The translations under genes and the position numbers were made by a program. The notes below the pieces were generated by a model. The model was not told the DNA's origin. It was given only the letters and a program-made list of their open reading frames with translations, and did no database searches. Of a DNA stretch of 64,000 bases, positions 57,321-64,000 are shown piece by piece (position 1 is the first letter of the stretch; each line of letters starts with the position of its first letter). Source of the DNA: Takakia lepidozioides (Eukaryota; Plantae; Bryophyta). The stretch spans positions 50,840,001 to 50,904,000 of the forward strand of contig CM060734.1 in the NCBI GenBank assembly GCA_030704615.1, read 5' to 3'.

Positions 57321-57445
57321 GCAGGTAGCCCAGTGGTTGGGTGTTTGTGCCTTGCCTGTGCATAACCTGGGTGATCCTGGGTTCAATCCTTCAACATGTG
57401 CCTTCAGACCGTCCATTGGGCCCTCGATGGCCTGTGTGTTGAGCA
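57321..57445 (+). mobile_element. tRNA-derived SINE
   Basis: A-box TAGCCCAGTGG, B-box GGTTCAATCC, non-tRNA body shared with 52097-52214. Confidence 0.72.
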
Positions 57446-58479
57446 TATCTTTATCTTTATCTTTTTCAAAGATGATCCCCTTACGTGTAGACAAGGGATT
57501 TGACCTATTTCCTCCCTAGGGGACCTGCTTATTCAAAATCGTTGCCTGCCCAAGTGAAAATCCTAGCAAGTTGGTACAGCTACGAATACATCCGGATTTC
57601 AGACCATTCAATGACGATATTCAACTGATGCAGAGCTAAGTAATGCAACATACTGGAATCCAACACTGATTGTCATTGGAAAAAGCACACGGTGTTTCTT
57701 GCTTTGCTACTTTGGTTGTGAATAGTTGTTGGCACGGACTGTTGTTGTTTTATAGTGACGATGGTTCTTCCTTTTGACCATCTGTCCGTTGTTTTACTTT
57801 ACGGTCGCTGTAGTTCTTCCTGAATCTGATGTGTGGTTTGGTGCGAATGGCTGCCATCCATGCACGCTTGAATACCGTTGACGTAACGCAGCAATCTTTT
57901 CCCGCCCATGGCTGGTTCCTGCTGGTCTCGCACCTTAGGCACATATATGTACATCATCTACTCGGCTATCAGTTGTTGGTTGTCAGTTTGCAAAGTATCA
58001 GTGTACTAGTGTAATTGTATCTCAAGGCCTTGTCAGAAGCACTGCTGCTGCTGTTTGTTTGAAATTTTTTCTCCAAAAGCAGCTAATGAGTATTCGTTTT
58101 CGGGAGTCTTCATATTCAACATTTTTGGATTCTCTCAAATCTTTCTTTTTATAAGGTTTAGAATAATCTCTCGAATGTTTTTTCTTTCTCTCATCTCCCT
58201 CTGGATTCTACATGAAAATTCGTTAAAAAGACTAGTAGAATTTCTAAACTATATAATCCGATTAGAGAAGTGAAAAGGACTTTAAAGCTAAAAACTTTTC
58301 TATTTCGAGTGATTCAGTTTAGAGGGATTCGAGGAAGATTGAACAGATGAATAAGAAATTAGCTTGGATTGAAGCAACTTTAAATGATTTGGATACTTGG
58401 AAACTGTATATTTAAGCTTTACAATACATATATAATTTGAAGCTGAGTACCTTGAGGAGATAGTTCCAGATTATATGGT

Positions 58480-59115
58480 TGCAGCATGGTCTTGGTAGTA
58501 ATGGCTATTAATCAATGGCATGGTTGTTTTACTGTCACCGCTTATAGTGCGAGTGGCTCTCTGAGTTCATCGCTCTCTTTGATTTTTCCCTTAGGATGGT
58601 CGGCCTTCATTACTCGGGTTGTTTAGTATCACCAGGCACACTATCCCAGCCAGTTTTTTCATTGTATTCCTTTACCTCTCCTTTACTCTCACCACTTTGC
58701 TTCGTGCTTTGCTACTTGCTTTGCTACTTTAGTTGTGGTACTTAAGTGGTTGACAGTGATGAACATTGTTCTCAGTTTTAGGTGGTGGAAAGCTAGCTAT
58801 ATTGCTGCTCACTCCTCATTAGCGAAGCTATCCTCGATCTTCTTCAGAAATTGGAGAGCCAGAGCTCCAACCAGACCGGAGGGGGTAGTTCCTAAGAAGA
58901 TAAGGATAGCTTCGCTAATGAGGAGGCTGCACCTGTACTGAAGAGTGTTGGGAGACACTATGTACGCCACCCCAAGGAACTGCACCACACAGGCGTCTAC
59001 AAGTCCTTTGCGGAGCTTCTTAGGATGATTATATGATCCGTTAAGCTGGGACGGCTAGTCTTTTTCACAAACACAATGATCTACTAGAAGAATTTGGTCG
59101 AGATTGCTGTTTGAG
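58480..59115 (+). pseudogene. Degenerate, rearranged PAH gene copy 3
   Basis: KDSFANEE, GVYKSFAELLRMI, TASLFHKHNDLLEEFGRD fragments; 58480-58760 matches 43700-43950. Confidence 0.7.
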
Positions 59116-61011
59116 TGCTAGCGGTAGATCGACACTACTTTGGGAGGTCTACTTACTGGGCCAATATACCCCACTAAGCAGAGAAGAGTGAATCGAGAGA
59201 ATGCGCCGCAGGGGAACTCTACCACCGAAGAGCGATGGGTTGATGGGCTGACGGACGTATATATATATAGCTAGGCCACCAGGGAATTGCGGCCCCCGAG
59301 GCCCCGTCGTGCGAGAGACGACAGCCACAGATGCCCGAATATCCTCTTTCAGTTAAGAATAGTTATGTGACCGAGCATCTCTATCCCTTCTTTCTCGGTG
59401 GGCTTTCATTACATATATCCAAAGTAATCTCTTCTCCCGAGCGTCCAACTGATACGCCCTGAACCCATGACGCCCTCAAACATCCCTCTCACTAATCATA
59501 TTGTTGATCAATATTTCTGATGCCTAAGAGGCACTAGCCTGACCGGCAGCCTCTGTCAGCAAATGAGCAGGGCAAGCTTGTGGAACCCATCAAAGAACTA
59601 GATCTTGCACGCAGGTACGTGCTGACTTTTCTCTTTTTACTTTATCCTGCAGTTGAACCCTATTCCTTTGGAGAGAGGAAGAAGAGATGCAATTTAATTT
59701 AAGGGCTCCTAAGTTCTCAAATGGACCAGGGTCTGCAGGAGGGGTAACAGAGGACTTCCATTTGGGTTACCAATTGACTATGTGTTACTTTAGAAGGCCT
59801 ATTCTGGAATTATTTTGGGTATGTGAAACCTATTTGCAGCAGCTATCCCCAGATATTAGGCCCGGCCCCGATGACCCTGCCAACTTCTCCCTCCCTCAGC
59901 AGGTAACCTTTAGCAGCATCGTATAGGCTCTACTCAATGACCCTGCTCACTACTCTTATCTGTCCTACCCCAACCTACCACACTTAACCAAATCCGTACA
60001 ACAACAGCACAATGAGGGACTGAGAGTATGGGGAAGGCCTCGGATTACAACCCCTTCATATGTTGGGATGCATGTCAACCTGAGCATCATTCACAGTACG
60101 CCAATTCCCCTCGTTTCTGGCAGGCTTTATTTTTTACTTAATTTGTGGGTATGCTTGTTGAACAGCCTCTTCATAGATGCCTGTTTCCTGGGGCCATCTC
60201 AAAAATTACATTTATTTATTTCGGTTACCAACCCTCACCAAGAGTTGGGTAAGTTCCGCCCTTCTTGTGTCAGGTACATGAGCTCTTCCATGTTGAGGTT
60301 AATCTGTCTTGTATGCAAAGGAAGATGATTCTTGTGTTTCTTATGCAATCTGAGTTTCCCCAAGTTCCATATTGTTAAGTATTTACTGAAACATATGCGG
60401 GTGCTCTACTTATGAATGATCAGTATCTGTGATCAATATGGTTTATGGATGATATTCAGAGCAGGTTCCTGGGCACATCGGGTCAATTCATTGAGGTCCA
60501 TCTGGACAAATAGGCAGAGGCAGAAGAACGCATCGACTTTATGGAGAGGACTCTCCTCTGGCGCCATCTGGTACCCACAGCCCACTCTAGGTTCTCTATC
60601 TCCGTTTGTCTCATCTATTCTCCTCCTCTTTCTGTCTTCATCTCTTTACCAGTCCTGTACTTTCATTTGTCTTACAACCTCGTTGTACTTTTTGAAGCGC
60701 ACATTTGGGCACACAGAAATCTACAGCTGGGTTGGGCAATCTATTTACTGTCAGATGCCCGAAACAATCTGGACCCTCAGGGAAGTTACAATGAAATGTT
60801 CCCTTGCCGAATAATGGTAGAATAGGAATCCCTCCAATCCCGGCTAATTGAATCACTGTCTACCCAACAATCTCTCATGCAGCCAAACAAATGTATTTGT
60901 GGAAGTGAAAGCAATGTGATTGAAAGCGAGAGTAGAGAGAGGGAGAGGGAGAGGAGGAGGAAGCTGAAAGCAGTGTTTGTGTCAGTTATTACTTTATTGA
61001 CTCTTTCAATT

Positions 61012-61090
61012 TATGATTCCAGGAGGAGAATGGCGTGCGAACTTGTGAAGGGGCTGTCCACCCATTACCATGAACATGTCACTGCATTGG
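61012..61090 (+). pseudogene. Short exportin-2 (CSE1/CAS)-like gene fragment
   Basis: YDSRRRMACELVKGLSTHYHEHVTAL resembles the recalled CSE1 segment DTRRR.ACEL.KG..T.Y...VT. No flanking coding context. Confidence 0.5.
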
Positions 61091-61321
61091 TTCGCTGGGT
61101 ACCTCCAAACTCTGACTCAGGAATTCATAGCTAACCAGAGCTATTGGCGTTGGAGTTGATGCCATCGCTGATAGGGTTCCTTGTTGCAAACTGCAGTGTG
61201 GTGCATTATTATTATGTTGCCCTATGTATTGAGAAGTTGCTAAAAAGATGGGAAACAGCCACGTTTTTCAGGATTTAGGGTTTAACTCCTCGTCTTTCTT
61301 CGGTCTCTATCCTATTTGTAT

Positions 61322-63684
61322 AAACTCAAACCACCATGGTGGTAATGACAAGAAATTCTGGTTGGCCCTTCAACGTTTGTACAAGCCGAAAACGGTCAGC
61401 AAGTACAAGCGCTGAAGACTACTAAAGGTGCAGTGGTGACTTCATCGTTTGACATTGTCAAAACCTTTGAAACTCACTACAGTATCCTTGGCAGAACTTC
61501 TAGGTCTAACAGTGGGGGTCTCTGCTGAATGGAGGGACACAGTTGGAAAAACTGTTCCTATGATTCAAAACAGCCCTGATGAACTGGAGTATATTTCAAT
61601 GGCTTAATGCTCCATTAGTTCTTCTGAGATTGTGGATGCAATTGAACATTTAAATGGATATAAAGCTGGTGGACCTGATGGTATTGTCAACGAGCTTATC
61701 AAGCACGGTGGCGATCCCATGATAGAGGCCCTAGTTCTCCTCTTTAACCTTATCTGGAAAACTGAAATGATCCCCTTTCGCTGGCGACAGGGGGTCATTG
61801 TCAATCTATACAAGAAGGGTGACAGAGAAGAACCGGGGACTACCGTGGCATCACGCTCCTCAATGCTGTTGGCAAGACATTCTGCAGAGTTATAAGTACT
61901 CGTCTCGAGGTTGATCTGGAGTCTAGAGGTTGTTTCCACGAAGGCCAAGCTGGCTTTCGGCGAAACAGGGGCTGTGTGGATCATATCTTCACTCTAAGCC
62001 AGATTTATCCAGGGAAGGAAATAGAAGGGAAACCCACTTATGTCTTTTTCCTGGATGTCAAAAAGGCTTATGACACAGTGTGGAGAGATGGCCTATGGTT
62101 CTGCCTCTGGTCTTGTGGATCAAGGGAAGATGTGGAGAGTTGTCCACAACTTGTATGCTCACACCAAAAGCTGTGTCACTGTTAACGGACAGAAGTCCAA
62201 CTTCTTTGACATAGACCAAGGTGTAGCTCAAGGATGTACTCTCTCCCCTCTACTCTTCAATGTTTTCATCAATCAACTCCTCGAGGATGTGAAAGTGAGG
62301 GATTTGGGTTAAGGGTGGGTGATACCACCATACCAGCCCTTATTTTGCGGATGACTTCGTAGGCATAGGGGAGACTCCAACCAATCTCCAGGAGTTGATT
62401 GATTGCGCGAAGAGATACTTTGATCTTTGGGGGCTAGAGGCTAATGTCAGCAAATGTGCAGTGGTAGCATTCAACGACAGAGGAGAGGGAGGAAGTGATC
62501 TTAAGTGGCAGTGGGGTAGCCAAGAGATCCCGGTCTTCCTACACTTACCTGGGCGTTGAGTTCTCCTCCAATTGTAATTGGTATGCACATATCCGGAAAG
62601 TTGTTCAAACTGGCAAGGGCAAAGCTGGGGCTCACTAAATTTTTCCACTGCAGAGGGGTCAACTCTGAGGTTAAGAAAACCATGCTTTGTCGTGTTATTA
62701 GACCTGCCTTGGAGTACGGATCTGCTATATGGTTTGATAACTCCAACCAGGCTAAGTCTCTAGAATCCATTCAAGGGGGGTGCTTAAGGAGTGTATGTCA
62801 GCATGCTCCAAAACAGCCAATGTGGCTGTTCGGGGTGAGTTTGGCATTCCGTCCTTAAGCTCCCGACGAGATGAATTCAAGGTCAGATGGTGGGGTCAAC
62901 TGCAACATATGCCCAACACCAGATATCCTAAGTTAATCGACTCTATATCTTGGAAACAGGACCGCCCTGTCAAACAGTCTAAGTCCTGGCAGAAGAGAGT
63001 AGAAGAGATCCTCAAGGACCTGGACCTGGATCCGCAAGTCTTGATCCTGCTGGATAAATCTGACTTAGAGGCTGTAGTGTCCTCAGCCATGTCTGTTGCA
63101 ATGAGATTGTCTGATTAAAATGAAGTTAGGCAGAAAACTTCCCTAAACTTGTTTCCAGTCTGTGACATGGGGGAGGACATCTTGGATGACCTCAAGGGTC
63201 TACCCACTCTCGGCACTAGACTGAAATTTAAACTTGGGGCAGGAAGCCTACCTTTGAACAGCAAACAGAAGCAGAGAGGAAAGGGAGAGTGCAATTGCCC
63301 GTTGTGTGGGCAATCTGAAGACAGTATTCATTTTCTGATACACTGTCCGGGTTCTCTCACCAAAGAGACGCTCTCTTCAAATCTATTAAGGGAATTGTGC
63401 CTGTACCCCTGTTCACCAACTTTGAAAGTCTCAAGGCTGAGCCAAAAGCCCAGGCCCTCCTGAGGCCTAGTTTTTGGGCAAATCACACACTGCAGATTGA
63501 TGCTTGTGTGAAGGGATTTCTAGTGGATATCTGGAAAACCCGGATTAATTCTTTATATGGAGGTAAGTCTTACTACCAACGTCAGCCCCTGACAGAGGTA
63601 GGTTCCGTCTCTTTTGTTCCCGCTCAAACTGGGCGCGGGGTCAATGGCCACAAGGCTACGGCAAACAACGTCTTATGAGTACAA
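61322..63684 (+). mobile_element. 5'-truncated LINE family 2 (RTE-X-like) with RT and C-terminal zinc motif
   Basis: 16-bp TSD tctatcctatttgtat (61306-61321 / 63685-63700). KAGGPDGI, LYKKGD, QAGFR, FLDVKKAYDTV, QGCTLSPLLF, FADD, CPLC..H..C. Frameshifted. Confidence 0.93.
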
Positions 63685-63700
63685 TCTATCCTATTTGTAT

Positions 63701-64000
63701 GCGCAGTGGTGGCATTCAACGACCGTGGGGAGGGAGGAGGCGACCTCAAGTGGCAGTGGGGAATCCAAGAGATTCATGTCCTCCCTTCCTACACATACCT
63801 TGGCATTGAGTTTTCCTCCAACTGTAATTGGGAAGCGCACATACAAAAAGTGATTCAATCTGGCAAGCGCAAAGCGTTGGGTCTCACTTTGCTAAGTCTC
63901 TACAATCCATTCAAGTGGGGGTGCTTGAGCAAGGAGTGCATGTCAGCATGCTCCAAAACAACTAATGTGGCTGTTCGGGGTGAGTTTGGCATTCCTCCCT
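63701..64000 (+). mobile_element. Second, more diverged 5'-truncated LINE family 2 copy (runs off window)
   Basis: Homologous to 62455-62855 with an internal deletion; begins directly after the TSD of the previous copy. Confidence 0.85.

Noticed and set aside
57321-57400. tRNA gene
   Set aside because: No cloverleaf or acceptor stem; shares a non-tRNA body with other copies, so a SINE.
61272-61285. Telomere repeat / telo-box (tttagggttt)
   Set aside because: Single unit, expected by chance; no linked gene start.

Overview
Repeat-rich eukaryotic window from a land plant. A non-seed plant such as a bryophyte is inferred from the 13-exon plant GH1 gene, a self-primed chromodomain Ty3/gypsy, a half-tRNA-primed copia and RTE-X-like LINEs; the species is not determinable. 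The only clearly intact host gene is a secreted GH1 beta-glucosidase (minus strand, 7799-15500, 13 exons, 511 aa). At 42.9-59.5 kb lies a locally duplicated, partly scrambled family of small single-PAH (Sin3-type) domain genes: one open ORF, two pseudogenes, one 5' fragment, and a fold-back hairpin derived from the family. The rest is mostly nested or decayed TEs: three copia remnants, a chromovirus with a same-family antisense insertion, two RTE-X-like LINE families (one piling up at TC-rich sites), two 3' ends of a probable RLE-type (Dualen-like) retrotransposon, Harbinger and CACTA remnants, and tRNA-derived SINEs. All calls are by eye; no database searches or folding runs were done.
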